From an uncultured virus (IMG/VR IMGVR_UViG_3300013923_000004) (Duplodnaviria > Heunggongvirae > Uroviricota > Caudoviricetes): a stretch of DNA of 64,000 nt. Where the stretch lies: the IMG/VR virus record IMGVR_UViG_3300013923_000004, positions 1-64,000 of that record. One strand, written 5' to 3'. Each line of letters starts with the position of its first letter. Positions within the stretch are counted from its first letter, which is position 1. The notes under the pieces were generated by a model. That model was not told the DNA's origin. It searched no databases and was given only the letters and a program-made list of their open reading frames with translations. The position numbers and the translations under genes were made by a program. Positions 9,119-19,197 of the stretch are shown here, in pieces.

Positions 9119-10129
9119 ATGCCACTAAGTCAGATCGAAACCCCCACCGACTCATACGTTGCCCGGTACCCCTGGGCAACAGAGATGGCCATCGAGCAGC
9201 AGTCGATCTTCTGGCCCGCCGAGGAACTCGGCGTGGAGCGCGATGAGAACGACTTCCGCACCCTGCTCAACGAGGCCGAGCTGCACGGCGTCCTGACTGC
9301 TCAGTCGATCCTGACGCAGTACGAGCTGATGATCGGCGGTGATGAGTTGTGGGGCGGCAAGATTGCCAGGCTGTTCCCACGACCAGAAATCCAGCGGATG
9401 TGCGCCTGCTTCGCCAACGTTGAGCTGGGCAGCCACGCCCCGTTCTACGACCTGGCCAACAAAGTGCTCGGCAAGGCCACCGACGAGTTTTATGGGCAGT
9501 GGAAAACTGACCCGGTACTGGCCGATCGCATCGCATTCGTCAACGAGTGCACCGCCAGCGACGACGCCCTCGAGGTCACAGCTGCCCTGGCGTTCCTGGA
9601 AGGCTCCGTGCTGTTCAGCGCGTTTGGCTACTTCAAGGGCTTCAACAGCCGCGGCTTCAACATGATCTCGCACTTTGTCTCCGGCATCGACGGCAGCGCG
9701 AAGGACGAGAACTTCCACTCGATTGCCTCGGCCCGCCTGTTCCGCCAGTGCAAGGCCGAACGCACCGCTGCCGGCAACCACAGCCCTGAGCAGGACGCGA
9801 AGCTGCGAGAGAAGATCCTCTGGATGGCGAAGGTGGTCTGGGAACATGAGCAGCTGATCACCCGCAAGCTGTTTGAGATCCCCGGCAATCGCGTCGTCAC
9901 CGAGGGAGAGCTGCTCTCCTTCACCCAGGACCGCATCGACATCGTCCTCAACCGGCTGGAGATGCCGCCGATGTTTGGCCACGAGAAAGGCATGATCTCC
10001 GGTTGGTTCTACCAGCAGCTGTCGACCGTCAAGGTGCCGGACTTCTTCGCCAACACCCAGCTCCAGTACACCCGCAACTGGGCTCGACATCGCCTCACCT
10101 TCCGCCCGGAGCTAGCCCATGGCGTTTGA
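9119..10129 (+). CDS. nrdB: Class I ribonucleotide reductase beta subunit
   Basis: FWPAEE, ELGSHAPFY, LEGSVLFSAF, DENFH, DFF..Y tail; start set at ATG 9119. Confidence 0.92.
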   Translation: MPLSQIETPTDSYVARYPWATEMAIEQQSIFWPAEELGVERDENDFRTLLNEAELHGVLTAQSILTQYELMIGGDELWGGKIARLFPRPEIQRMCACFANVELGSHAPFYDLANKVLGKATDEFYGQWKTDPVLADRIAFVNECTASDDALEVTAALAFLEGSVLFSAFGYFKGFNSRGFNMISHFVSGIDGSAKDENFHSIASARLFRQCKAERTAAGNHSPEQDAKLREKILWMAKVVWEHEQLITRKLFEIPGNRVVTEGELLSFTQDRIDIVLNRLEMPPMFGHEKGMISGWFYQQLSTVKVPDFFANTQLQYTRNWARHRLTFRPELAHGV

Positions 10130-11849
10130 AATTACAGGCGGCGCGGACGACGCCACCATCCAGAAATTCGAGCAGCTCTCCATCGAGCGCAAGCGAATAC
10201 AAGAGCTGGGACTGCTGCCAAGCTGGTACACCACCCAGGCCTGGCAGATGTTCAAGCAGAAGTACGCAGTGTCCGGCGAGGACGCTGTCAGCGGCCGTCA
10301 CCGCACGATTGCCAAAACGCTGGCCCGCCACATGAAAGGCCGCGAGGCCGAGTGGGAAGAGAAGTTCTTCAGCGAGCTGTGGGACGGCATTCTCTCCCCC
10401 TCCAGTCCGGCGCTGGCGAACACCGGCACCGACCGCGGCATGATGGTCGCCTGCTCAGGCCAGGTCATCGATGACAGCGTGGACGGCTTCTACACCGCCA
10501 TGCGAGAAACCGCACTGCTGTCGAAGTGGGGGTTCGGTACCAGCGCTGACTTCAGCGGGATCCGCCCGCGCGGCACGCCGATCAGCAAAGGTGGCAAGGC
10601 CAGCGGCGCCGTGGAGGTCATCAACGACTTCTTCACCACCGCAGGCAAGATCAGCCAAGGCGGTGCCCGCCGCGGCTCCATCGGCGCCTACCTCGACATC
10701 GAGCACGGCGATTGGGACGAGGCGTGCGACTCGCTAGCCGCTGAGCCCAACGGCAAGAACTACGGCTGGATCATTCGTGACAGCTTCGTCGAGAAGCTGA
10801 AGGCCGGTGATGAAGACGCCAACCGACGCTGGACCAAGGCGCTCTACACCAAGCTGATTACCGGCAAGGGCTACGTCTTCTGCGTCGACAAAGCGAACCG
10901 CCACCGCCCGCAGATGTACAAGGACTGGGGCCTCGACATCAAGGCCACCAACCTGTGCTCCGAGATCATGCTGCACTCGAGCCCTGAGCTGACCTACAGC
11001 TGCATCCTGGCTTCGCTGAACCTGGTGCATTGGGACCGTATCAAGAACAGTGAGTCGGTCTTCATCGCCACGGTGTTCCTGGACTGTCTGTGCCAGGAGT
11101 TCATCGAGAAGAGCGATGGAGTGGTCGGCCTCGAGAAGGTCCGCGAGTTCACCATCCGGGGCCGCGCCATCGGCCTGGGCGTCATGGGATTCCACACCTA
11201 CCTGCAGTCGAAGGGCATCCCGTACATCGGCCTGGAGGCGCAGTTCCTCTCGACCGAGATCGCCAAGCACCTACATGACGAGTCACTGCGCGCTAGCCAG
11301 TGGCTGGCCCAGGAGTATGGCGAGCCGATGTGGTGCGAGGGCTACGGTGTCCGCAACACCCACCGCACAGCCTACGCACCGACCAAGACCACCAGCCTGC
11401 TCATGGGCGGCGTCAGCGAGTCCTGGTTCCCGGACCCTGGCATGGTCTTCGACGCTGGATCGTCCGTAGGCGAACTTCGCCGCATCCCGCCGGTGTTCTA
11501 CGAGCTGATGAAGGCCAAGGGCGTCTACAGTGAGCAGACCATCCAGGACATCATCGATCACCTGGGCAGCGTCCAGCACGTTGACTGGCTGACCGATGAG
11601 GAAAAGCTGGTGTACCTCAACGCTTTCGAGATGGACCAGCGAATCCTGCTGCGCCATGCGAGCCAGCGCCAAAAGCACACCTGCCAAGGCCAAAGCCTGA
11701 ACTTCTATGTTCCGGAAGACGGCTCCGAGGATCTGATCGCCGAGCTGATGACCACGGTCCTGCTCGATGAAAACATCCTCAGCCAGTATTACATCTACTC
11801 GAGGTCTGGAATCGTCGTTAAGGACGAATGCGTGGCTTGCTCAGCATGA
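10119..11849 (+). CDS. nrdA: Class I ribonucleotide reductase alpha subunit, short form with no obvious ATP cone
   Basis: TNLCSEI, SCILASLNL, APTKTTS, QGQSLN, YYIYS, C-terminal CVAC. Confidence 0.95.
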   Translation: MAFEITGGADDATIQKFEQLSIERKRIQELGLLPSWYTTQAWQMFKQKYAVSGEDAVSGRHRTIAKTLARHMKGREAEWEEKFFSELWDGILSPSSPALANTGTDRGMMVACSGQVIDDSVDGFYTAMRETALLSKWGFGTSADFSGIRPRGTPISKGGKASGAVEVINDFFTTAGKISQGGARRGSIGAYLDIEHGDWDEACDSLAAEPNGKNYGWIIRDSFVEKLKAGDEDANRRWTKALYTKLITGKGYVFCVDKANRHRPQMYKDWGLDIKATNLCSEIMLHSSPELTYSCILASLNLVHWDRIKNSESVFIATVFLDCLCQEFIEKSDGVVGLEKVREFTIRGRAIGLGVMGFHTYLQSKGIPYIGLEAQFLSTEIAKHLHDESLRASQWLAQEYGEPMWCEGYGVRNTHRTAYAPTKTTSLLMGGVSESWFPDPGMVFDAGSSVGELRRIPPVFYELMKAKGVYSEQTIQDIIDHLGSVQHVDWLTDEEKLVYLNAFEMDQRILLRHASQRQKHTCQGQSLNFYVPEDGSEDLIAELMTTVLLDENILSQYYIYSRSGIVVKDECVACSA

Positions 11850-12400
11850 CAGCCGAGAGGTGGATGGACGTAGGCGGATTCGAGGGGTTGTACCGAGTCA
11901 GTGACCACGGCTCGGTCCTTTCCTGTGGCCGGACAGTGTACGACAAACGGACCGGCTCAAGGACGAAAAAGCCGAGACTGCTGAAGCTCACGGTTGACTC
12001 TGCCGGATACGCCAAAGTGACCCTATACCGGGGGCGAGAAAAATCCGTCTGGAAAGTCCACCGGTTAGTGGCCACCCACTTTTGCGAGAAGGCGGACGGT
12101 AACGACGTAGTAAACCATCTTGACTGCGACAAGCTGAACAACTGCTGGATGAACCTCGAGTGGACCACCATCAAGGGAAACAACCTACATGCTCAAGCGT
12201 CTGGACGACAAAGGCCATGTATCGGAGAGAAGTCTGGCACGGCGAAACTGACTGAGAAAAAGGTGCTAGAGGTTTTGAGGATGTGTGAGGAGAAGATCCC
12301 TCAGACGAAAATCGCCAAGCACTTCGGGATCAGCCAGCAGCAAGTATCCAAGATCAAGAATGGTGACCGATGGGCCCACACCTTTCGGCACACCCTTTAA
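11846..12400 (+). CDS. NUMOD4-HNH homing endonuclease with C-terminal HTH
   Basis: ERWMDVGGFEGLYRVSDHG, VHRLVA, VNHLDCDKLNN..NLEW; ATGA overlap with nrdA stop. Confidence 0.88.
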   Translation: MTAERWMDVGGFEGLYRVSDHGSVLSCGRTVYDKRTGSRTKKPRLLKLTVDSAGYAKVTLYRGREKSVWKVHRLVATHFCEKADGNDVVNHLDCDKLNNCWMNLEWTTIKGNNLHAQASGRQRPCIGEKSGTAKLTEKKVLEVLRMCEEKIPQTKIAKHFGISQQQVSKIKNGDRWAHTFRHTL

Positions 12401-12414
12401 CCTGTAATTACAGG
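12401..12414. promoter_or_regulatory. Dispersed palindromic motif copy (perfect)
   Basis: CCTGTAATTACAGG, with a further half-site near 12425. Confidence 0.75.
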
Positions 12415-12445
12415 CTGGGAATCGCCTGTATTTAAGGAGTTCACA

Positions 12446-15400
12446 ATGAAAGAAGATTCGACATCCTACTCGATTCTCGATTTCCGTGCGGTCGTAAAGC
12501 ACGCCTACTACGGCGCCTCCGATCCCGAAGCCATCTTCTGCGAAGAAACCGGCCGCCGATTCCCGACCTGGCAGTGCGCTGCCCAAGGGCTGATCAGCCG
12601 CTACATCGAGCCGATCATTCAGCAGGGTGGCAGCCCCCGTACGCTGATCGTCGCCCAGGACATGGGCAAGGACTACCGCTCCGCGATCTACCCGGAATAC
12701 AAGGCGCAGCGCGCCAACGTCGTCAAAAGCCCGATCGAGGTCGAGCAGTGCAACCTGCTGTTCGACTGGGCCAAGAAGTTCTTCTCGGCAATCGGCGCCA
12801 CTCAGATCGGCGTCAAAGGCGTAGAGGCGGATGACGTCATCGCCTGGCTGTGCCAGCGCATCACATACCCGAAGGCGGTGTACACGGTCGACGCCGACCT
12901 GCTGCAGCTGTGCAACGACTCCACCATCGTCTACCTGAAGAACGAGCCACACTTCGGCGACGGCGAGCACAAGGGCATCCCGTACAAGCTGACCAGCATC
13001 GCCAAGTCGATCCTTGGCGATGACAGTGACAACTACGGTGGCGTCAAGGGCCTCGGCCCAGCCAAGTTCGCAACGCTGCTGGAGAACTACGGGGTCGATG
13101 GCGTCGAGGAACTGCGCGACATCGTCGACTCCGGCCGCACCGAGTTGCTGGACCAGGCCATCGAGGCCAGCGGCGACAAGATCCTGGTCAAACTGCGCGA
13201 GCAGTTCGGCGAGTGGCGCACCATGTGGCGCCTGGCCAACCTGCACCCCGAACTGTGCTGGAAGCCGCGGGCCAAGAAGTTGGTCACCCCGCTGATCCAC
13301 AAGCGCATCCCGAACGCTCAGCATGCCTACAGCCTGCTGCAAGCCGCCGGCGCCGAGGACCTGTGGGACACGCTGTTCGCAGCTCTGCTGCCCAACCAGA
13401 TCGCCATCACCAGCGACAACTGGGCGGAGATGCGTGACGCCATCCTGGCCGAGATCGAGGCCGGCGACGTCACCACGTTCGACTACGAGTCGTCCAACAA
13501 GGACCCGATCCCAGAGTTCGCCCAGGCTTCCACCCAGGGCGACAAGTTCGTTGACGTGCTCAGCCAGGAGCTGACCGGTGCCTCGTTCCAGTTCGGCCGG
13601 CACCTGGAGAACGTGATCTACATCCCGGTCGACCACAAGGACAGCCCGAACCTGCCGAAGGCGGTCATCGCCGAGATCCTGGAGCACGCCGCTGCCCACA
13701 CCCAGCTTGTTGCGCACAACGCCAACTTCGAAGGCGTCGTCAGCCAGACCAACCTGAACCTGCAGCTCAAGAACGTCCACGACACCCGGCTGATGCAGCG
13801 GTATGTCAACGAGAACATGGAAGCCGGCCTCAAGTCGCTGTCGCTCAACTACCTGAACTACGAGCAAGCGACCTACGAGGAAACCCTGGCTGCCGGCAAC
13901 GGCGGTGAGGGCGCAGCCAACATGAGCGAGCTGACCCTGGACGAAGTGTTCAGCTATGGCGCCGACGACGCCCAAGTCACCGGCTCGCTGTACGACCTGC
14001 TGAAGCTCCTGCTGCAGCTCGACGAGCAATGGGAGTTCTACCAGCGCTGGGCGGTCAACCCGACCGTCGTCCTGCAGCATGCCTACATCAAGGGCGTGGA
14101 CATCAACTGGCCGCTGCAGAAGCGCCTGCATGAGCGGGACCTGAAACAGGTCGAGGAAGGGATGGCCGAACTGCGCGCCATCCTGCAGGAGAACGTCACT
14201 GGCAACATCACCGAGGGCTGCAAGTCGTTCATCGAAGCCGAGAAGGACTTCATCTACCGGTCGGCCAAGAAGAAGGCCGACGGCGACACCGAGGTGGCCA
14301 AGCAGAAGCTGTATGAGTGGCAGCTGAAGCAGGAGCAAGCCTGTCAGTACGTCCCGTACCGCGAGGAGCGGGTGATGCCGGCGTTCGCGCTGACTGCCAA
14401 GCAGCTCTCTGCCGCGGCACTGGCGGTTGGCCTGCCGGAAGTCACCAAGGTCACGGCTTCTGGGCTCTCCGAGTACCTGGAGCAGTGTGGCCTGGACGGC
14501 GCCGGTGCCGACATGCCGGCGGATCCTCGCCAGGCTGAATTCCTGTCGGCGCTAGTCAAGGCCATGGAGCGCGGCGCTCTGAAATTGAAGGCGCTGGAAA
14601 CCAAGGCCGAGGACCACAACAGCGACGAGAAAGCCGCCAAGTCCGCCGAACAGGCCCGCAAGGCATTCGACCAGCTCGGCGAGGTCGTGCAGCGCCTGGC
14701 CGGCGCCGAGGCCAAGGTGATCAAGGTCGGCGATGAGCTCAACACCGGCTCACCGGTGCAGATGCAGCAGTTGCTCTACTGCAAGATCGGCGTCCCGGTT
14801 CGCCTGCGTGGTAAATCCGCCGGCAAGGGCCGGCTGATGGTCGGCATCACCGAGGCTGGCCCGTCCACCGACGAGACCGCCATCGAGACGGCGATCGCCA
14901 ACGACATCGAGGCCGGCAGCTGGCAGCACAACGCGCTGCGCGCCCTGCTGAAGGTCAAGTCGGCCAGCACCCGAATCAGCCTGTACCACGACAAGTACCC
15001 GCTGTGGAAACACCGCGACGGCAAGCTGCACCCGTCGTTCACCGACGCCGGCACCGACACCCGCCGCCCGACCGGCTCCGCGCCGAACGTGCTGCAGGTG
15101 TCGAAGAAGGACAAGTCGATGCGCAGCATGTTCGTGCCGCCGTCGCCTGACCACGTCGTGGTGGCCATCGACTACAACGGTCAGGAGCTGCGCCTGCTGG
15201 CTTGCGAGTCTGGCGATCCGGTGATGATCGATGCCTACGACCCGGCCGACGAGAAGGACCTGCACAGCGTAACCGGCTCCGGTATCGCAGCATTGAAAGC
15301 GACCAAGTCAGGCGACGACAAGGACGACCTGGCCACCCTCAGCGAGTTCCGCACCTTCAACGAGGCCCGCAGCCTCGATGACCACCCGCTGAACAAGCTG

Positions 15401-16069
15401 GCCTCTGGCATCCGCAAGTCGGCCAAGGGCGTCAACTTCGGCCTGGCCTACGGCGCCGGCCCGGCCACCCTCTCCCGCAACCTGATCGTTCCGATCGAGG
15501 AGGCGAAGGAGCTGCTGGACGGCGCGATGACGCTGTACGCCAGAATCCCGCAGTGGCAAGAGGAAACCGCGCGGTTCATGGAGAAGAACGGCTTCACGCT
15601 GACTGCCTTCGGCACCAAGCGCCACGCCACCGAGGACATCTTCGCCAAGGACCACGGCAAGGTCAGCCGCCAGCACCGCCAAGGCACCAACGCAACGATC
15701 CAGGGCACTGCCGCAGAGATGCTGCGCATCGTCCTGACCAAGATCGTCGAGCGCGGCTTGCTGGACCGCCTGGACATGGTCTTCTTCGCGCCGATCTACG
15801 ACGAGACGGTCGCCTTCGTCCACAAGGACGACGTCGCCGAGTACTGCCGCGAGATGAACGAGATCATGAGCAGCGCGACACCGCCAGGCCACGCCGTTCC
15901 GCAGTGTCCGGAATTCTCCATCGGTCCCGACTGGGGAAGGGTGCACGAGCTGGGTCGCTACCCAGGCGACGAGAAAATCATGGAGGCCGTGGAGCGCAGC
16001 CTCGAAGAAGCCAAAGAAATCTGGGCCGAGATCCGCGGCGCAGAGCAGCAAGAGAAGGAGGCTGCATGA
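12446..16069 (+). CDS. polA: Family A DNA polymerase with 5'-3' and 3'-5' exonuclease domains
   Basis: YPEYKAQR, EADDVI, GDDSDNYGGVKGLG; DYES/HNANFE/YGADDA; DYNGQELR, KGVNFGLAYG, IQGTAAE, IYDE. Confidence 0.95.
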   Translation: MKEDSTSYSILDFRAVVKHAYYGASDPEAIFCEETGRRFPTWQCAAQGLISRYIEPIIQQGGSPRTLIVAQDMGKDYRSAIYPEYKAQRANVVKSPIEVEQCNLLFDWAKKFFSAIGATQIGVKGVEADDVIAWLCQRITYPKAVYTVDADLLQLCNDSTIVYLKNEPHFGDGEHKGIPYKLTSIAKSILGDDSDNYGGVKGLGPAKFATLLENYGVDGVEELRDIVDSGRTELLDQAIEASGDKILVKLREQFGEWRTMWRLANLHPELCWKPRAKKLVTPLIHKRIPNAQHAYSLLQAAGAEDLWDTLFAALLPNQIAITSDNWAEMRDAILAEIEAGDVTTFDYESSNKDPIPEFAQASTQGDKFVDVLSQELTGASFQFGRHLENVIYIPVDHKDSPNLPKAVIAEILEHAAAHTQLVAHNANFEGVVSQTNLNLQLKNVHDTRLMQRYVNENMEAGLKSLSLNYLNYEQATYEETLAAGNGGEGAANMSELTLDEVFSYGADDAQVTGSLYDLLKLLLQLDEQWEFYQRWAVNPTVVLQHAYIKGVDINWPLQKRLHERDLKQVEEGMAELRAILQENVTGNITEGCKSFIEAEKDFIYRSAKKKADGDTEVAKQKLYEWQLKQEQACQYVPYREERVMPAFALTAKQLSAAALAVGLPEVTKVTASGLSEYLEQCGLDGAGADMPADPRQAEFLSALVKAMERGALKLKALETKAEDHNSDEKAAKSAEQARKAFDQLGEVVQRLAGAEAKVIKVGDELNTGSPVQMQQLLYCKIGVPVRLRGKSAGKGRLMVGITEAGPSTDETAIETAIANDIEAGSWQHNALRALLKVKSASTRISLYHDKYPLWKHRDGKLHPSFTDAGTDTRRPTGSAPNVLQVSKKDKSMRSMFVPPSPDHVVVAIDYNGQELRLLACESGDPVMIDAYDPADEKDLHSVTGSGIAALKATKSGDDKDDLATLSEFRTFNEARSLDDHPLNKLASGIRKSAKGVNFGLAYGAGPATLSRNLIVPIEEAKELLDGAMTLYARIPQWQEETARFMEKNGFTLTAFGTKRHATEDIFAKDHGKVSRQHRQGTNATIQGTAAEMLRIVLTKIVERGLLDRLDMVFFAPIYDETVAFVHKDDVAEYCREMNEIMSSATPPGHAVPQCPEFSIGPDWGRVHELGRYPGDEKIMEAVERSLEEAKEIWAEIRGAEQQEKEAA

Positions 16070-16323
16070 TCGGCGCAACTCTCAAATCGTTGATTCAACG
16101 TGCTGACCCGAAAGCAGTGGCAGACCTGCAGCGGAAGGTGAATGACCTGGAACAGGAGTTGGCCCAGGCCCGCTCCAACCTCAAGTTGGCGTCCGCAGCG
16201 CAGGGTGCGCTGCACCGCCGCTCCGAGGCGCTAAGGAAGGAACACCCTGATCTGTGGAAGCGCTTTTTCACCCGTGAAGGTGATGCGATGCGCGCGAAGG
16301 CTGCCGCCGGGGGTGATCGCTGA
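16066..16323 (+). CDS. Small coiled-coil hypothetical protein
   Basis: ATGA and TGATG coupling on both sides; GGAGG RBS. Confidence 0.7.
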   Translation: MIGATLKSLIQRADPKAVADLQRKVNDLEQELAQARSNLKLASAAQGALHRRSEALRKEHPDLWKRFFTREGDAMRAKAAAGGDR

Positions 16324-17030
16324 TGCTGGTCTTCGCCCACGACTATGAAACCACCGGGGTGAACACAGCCAAGTGCGGGGTCGTGCAAGCGGCCCTGTGC
16401 TTCGCCACGCTTCACGAGGACGGCCGCTACAGCATCCTGGAAAAGGACGTGCAGCTACTCCACCCGGGCGAGCCTATTCCGTCCGGCGCCAGTGGGGTGC
16501 ACGGCATCTACGACCACCACGTCGAAGATAAGCCGCACTGGGAGAGCTACCTGGCTGAACAGTTCGAGCTGGTCAACGACACCGCCATCCAGGCTGTGCT
16601 CGGCTACAACAGCGCCGCTTTCGACGACAAGCTGGCCCGCCGCTGCGGCCTTGCCGAGTTCCCGTCGATCGACCTGATGGTGGCCACCCGCCGCTTCAAG
16701 AACGCAGGTCTCTTACCGAAGGCCAACCTTGGCACTGCCTACGAGGTGCTCACCGGCCGGAAGGCTGAGAATGCCCACGACGCCTTCGCCGACATCGTGA
16801 TGACGCTGGATCTGATCCAGCCGTCGATCGAGAAGGCCAACTGCAGCTCGCTCAGCGAGTTCATCGCCTGGATGCGGGAGCCCTGGGCGACGACGTCGAT
16901 GGAGATGCCCTACGGCAAACACAAGGGCGTGAAGCTGTGCAACCTGCCCAAGTCCTACGTCCGCTGGGCGCTGGAGAACATGGACAACCTGAGTCCGGAT
17001 CTGCAGCTGGGTCTGGAGATGGTGCGATGA
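16323..17030 (+). CDS. DEDDh 3'-5' exonuclease, ExoX-like
   Basis: DYETTG, GYNSAAFD, AHDAFAD, C-terminal MPYGKHKG. Confidence 0.88.
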   Translation: MLVFAHDYETTGVNTAKCGVVQAALCFATLHEDGRYSILEKDVQLLHPGEPIPSGASGVHGIYDHHVEDKPHWESYLAEQFELVNDTAIQAVLGYNSAAFDDKLARRCGLAEFPSIDLMVATRRFKNAGLLPKANLGTAYEVLTGRKAENAHDAFADIVMTLDLIQPSIEKANCSSLSEFIAWMREPWATTSMEMPYGKHKGVKLCNLPKSYVRWALENMDNLSPDLQLGLEMVR

Positions 17031-17365
17031 CAGTGGACAATCCGAACGTCTGCATCCCCCGGCCGATCTCCACCACTGAGCCGGCGGAGGCACTCAACTA
17101 CGAGTACACCGGCAGCAGTGTCAGCTACTACAGCGCGGAGGTCAGGAATCCGACCACCCCTGGACGCGAGCCTTACACTGCAGAATGCAACGACATCATC
17201 GAAGCCCTGGATATGAACTTCGCTGAGGGCAACGCATTCAAGGCCCTCTGGCGCCGCGCTGCAGCGCGCCAAGGTCGGTCCAAGCGGCACTACACCGACG
17301 GCCTCTACGACGCAGAGAAGGTGGTGTTCTTCGGCGAACGCCTGGTCGTTCAGGAGAAGGCCTGA
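17027..17365 (+). CDS. DUF3310-like phage protein
   Basis: ECNDIIEALDMNFAEGNAFKALWR. Confidence 0.7.
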   Translation: MTVDNPNVCIPRPISTTEPAEALNYEYTGSSVSYYSAEVRNPTTPGREPYTAECNDIIEALDMNFAEGNAFKALWRRAAARQGRSKRHYTDGLYDAEKVVFFGERLVVQEKA

Positions 17366-17898
17366 TGTCCACCGACATAGGCAAGATCTTCGAGAAGGAG
17401 ATCCAGAAGGTGTTCCGCGCCCTGCGCGAGAGCCACCTTCTGGGCTGGCACCGCCTGGCCGACACCGGCGCCGCCGGCGGGTCCATCGTGGCTGCACAGC
17501 CGAGTGACTACCTGCTGGCCCTGCCGGCAGGTGCTCGCTCACCGCTGGCCGGCCAGCGGCTGTTCTTCTGCGAGGTGAAGGCCAGCGAGAAGAACTCGAC
17601 GCTGACCAAGCAGGCGATGCAGCCGGCCCAGCGCGGCGCCATCTCGTTTTACCGAGAGCTGCTCAAGCTCCCCTACCTGGTCCTGTTCTACGACGCGGAG
17701 CGCGGCGTGATTCAGGTCTGGGACGGCGCCGCAGTGGTGCAGGAGGAGCGAATCAGCAAGGACTACCTGCTGGCCTCTATCGAGAATGCCGGCCACGGCG
17801 TAAAGCTGAACGCGGACGTCGTCAGTCGAGGGCTGGTGGACTACTTCGCACTGCCCACGATGGCCGCTACTCTTGCAAGCCAACCTGTATTGCTGTAA
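17365..17898 (+). CDS. PD-(D/E)xK nuclease, probable Holliday junction resolvase
   Basis: GKIFEKEI, PSDY, CEVK. Confidence 0.65.
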   Translation: MSTDIGKIFEKEIQKVFRALRESHLLGWHRLADTGAAGGSIVAAQPSDYLLALPAGARSPLAGQRLFFCEVKASEKNSTLTKQAMQPAQRGAISFYRELLKLPYLVLFYDAERGVIQVWDGAAVVQEERISKDYLLASIENAGHGVKLNADVVSRGLVDYFALPTMAATLASQPVLL

Positions 17899-17907
17899 AT
17901 ACAGCAA
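17884..17907. promoter_or_regulatory. Dispersed palindromic motif copy
   Basis: CCTGTATTGCTGTAAATACAGCAA. Confidence 0.7.
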
Positions 17908-17929
17908 CCCGTAACAACGGAAGCACAAC

Positions 17930-19051
17930 ATGAAAGTATTGAAGGAAGTCACGCTCTTCAAGAACCACGGCGGAAAGACCGGGGACTGGAAGATTCAGGC
18001 GGTTGTCGCTGAAACTCGGGAACTGAACCCGCCAGCCCATCTCGTCATCTCGCACACCAAGGTCATCGGCGGAGCAGCCGTGACCAAGGAAGTGCCGGTG
18101 GAAGGCAAGAACATCGGCCGTGCCAACCAAACCACCCCTGCGCAGCAGGCGGTGATGGAGCTGGACAGCCGCGTCAACAAGCAGCTCGACAAGGGCTACG
18201 TCCGCACACTCGAGGAAGCGAGCGCGCCGGCCACCAACGCCCTGGGCCTGGAAAAGCCGATGCTGGCCCACCCGATCGACAAGGTGAAACCGGAATCCAT
18301 AGACTGGGAGAACGCATTCGCTCAACCAAAGGTCGACGGCCACCGCTGCCTAGCAAACGGCATTCTTTACAGCAGAAACGGCAAGGAAATCCTTCTGCCG
18401 CACATCCGGGACTTCCTCGGAGACTGTGGGCTGCTGGACAAGAGATTGGACGGAGAACTGTACGTCCACGGGATGATGCTGCAGGACATCGGTAGCCTGG
18501 TGAAGAAGCCTCGCGAAGAGTCCTTGAAGCTGCAGTACCACGTCTACGACATCATGCGGCCAGCCCCCTACGTCGAACGCCGGAGTGAGTTGGACGAGCT
18601 TCTCGGCAAGGTTGCTGTTGGCGACTCCCCTATCCGATTGCTGACTACCGAACGGGTTCGGGATCGCTCCGCCCTCAACGACCTCCACGCCTACTGGCTC
18701 GAAGCCGGCTTCGAGGGTTCCATCCTCCGCCACGGCCTGACGGGCTACGAGGCCGACAAGCGTTCGAGCAGCCTGCTCAAACTCAAGGACATGGAAGATT
18801 CTGAAGCCATCGTCATCGCGGTGGAGCGCGGCACGCCCAACGGCGCCTTCGAGGTCCCGGTATGGGTCCTGCAGATGCCCTGCGGCAAAACCTTCAAGGC
18901 CACCGCCCACGGCACGATGCAGCAGAAGCATGCGCAATGGGAGATGCGCCACGTCCACATCGGACAGGCCCTTACCTACCAGCACTTCGGCCACAGCAAG
19001 GACGGTATCCCGCTGCTGCCGGTGGCCCTGCGCTGGAGGGAGGACGTATGA
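17930..19051 (+). CDS. ATP-dependent DNA ligase
   Basis: KPMLA, QPKVDGHR, LDGELY, FEGSILR, LLKLK. Confidence 0.93.
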   Translation: MKVLKEVTLFKNHGGKTGDWKIQAVVAETRELNPPAHLVISHTKVIGGAAVTKEVPVEGKNIGRANQTTPAQQAVMELDSRVNKQLDKGYVRTLEEASAPATNALGLEKPMLAHPIDKVKPESIDWENAFAQPKVDGHRCLANGILYSRNGKEILLPHIRDFLGDCGLLDKRLDGELYVHGMMLQDIGSLVKKPREESLKLQYHVYDIMRPAPYVERRSELDELLGKVAVGDSPIRLLTTERVRDRSALNDLHAYWLEAGFEGSILRHGLTGYEADKRSSSLLKLKDMEDSEAIVIAVERGTPNGAFEVPVWVLQMPCGKTFKATAHGTMQQKHAQWEMRHVHIGQALTYQHFGHSKDGIPLLPVALRWREDV

Positions 19052-19197
19052 GCCCGAGCATGAAACGAGGCCTGCGCAGCCTTGCTGACGGAATTGGTTC
19101 AGCAGTCGGAAAGGCAGTGTTGGTGACCTCCGTCGGCTTACTATTCGGCTACGGCGCCACCCTCGGATTCATCTTGGCGCTTCGGGTAGTGCTGTGA
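19048..19197 (+). CDS. Small membrane protein
   Basis: Hydrophobic C-half; ATGA overlap; GGAGG RBS. Confidence 0.6.
   Translation: MSPSMKRGLRSLADGIGSAVGKAVLVTSVGLLFGYGATLGFILALRVVL

Noticed and set aside
12266..14338. 690-aa minus-strand ORF
   Set aside because: Antisense shadow of polA
14195..14730. Intein in the polymerase
   Set aside because: No N-terminal Cys/Ser block, C-terminal HN-C/S/T or LAGLIDADG motifs seen
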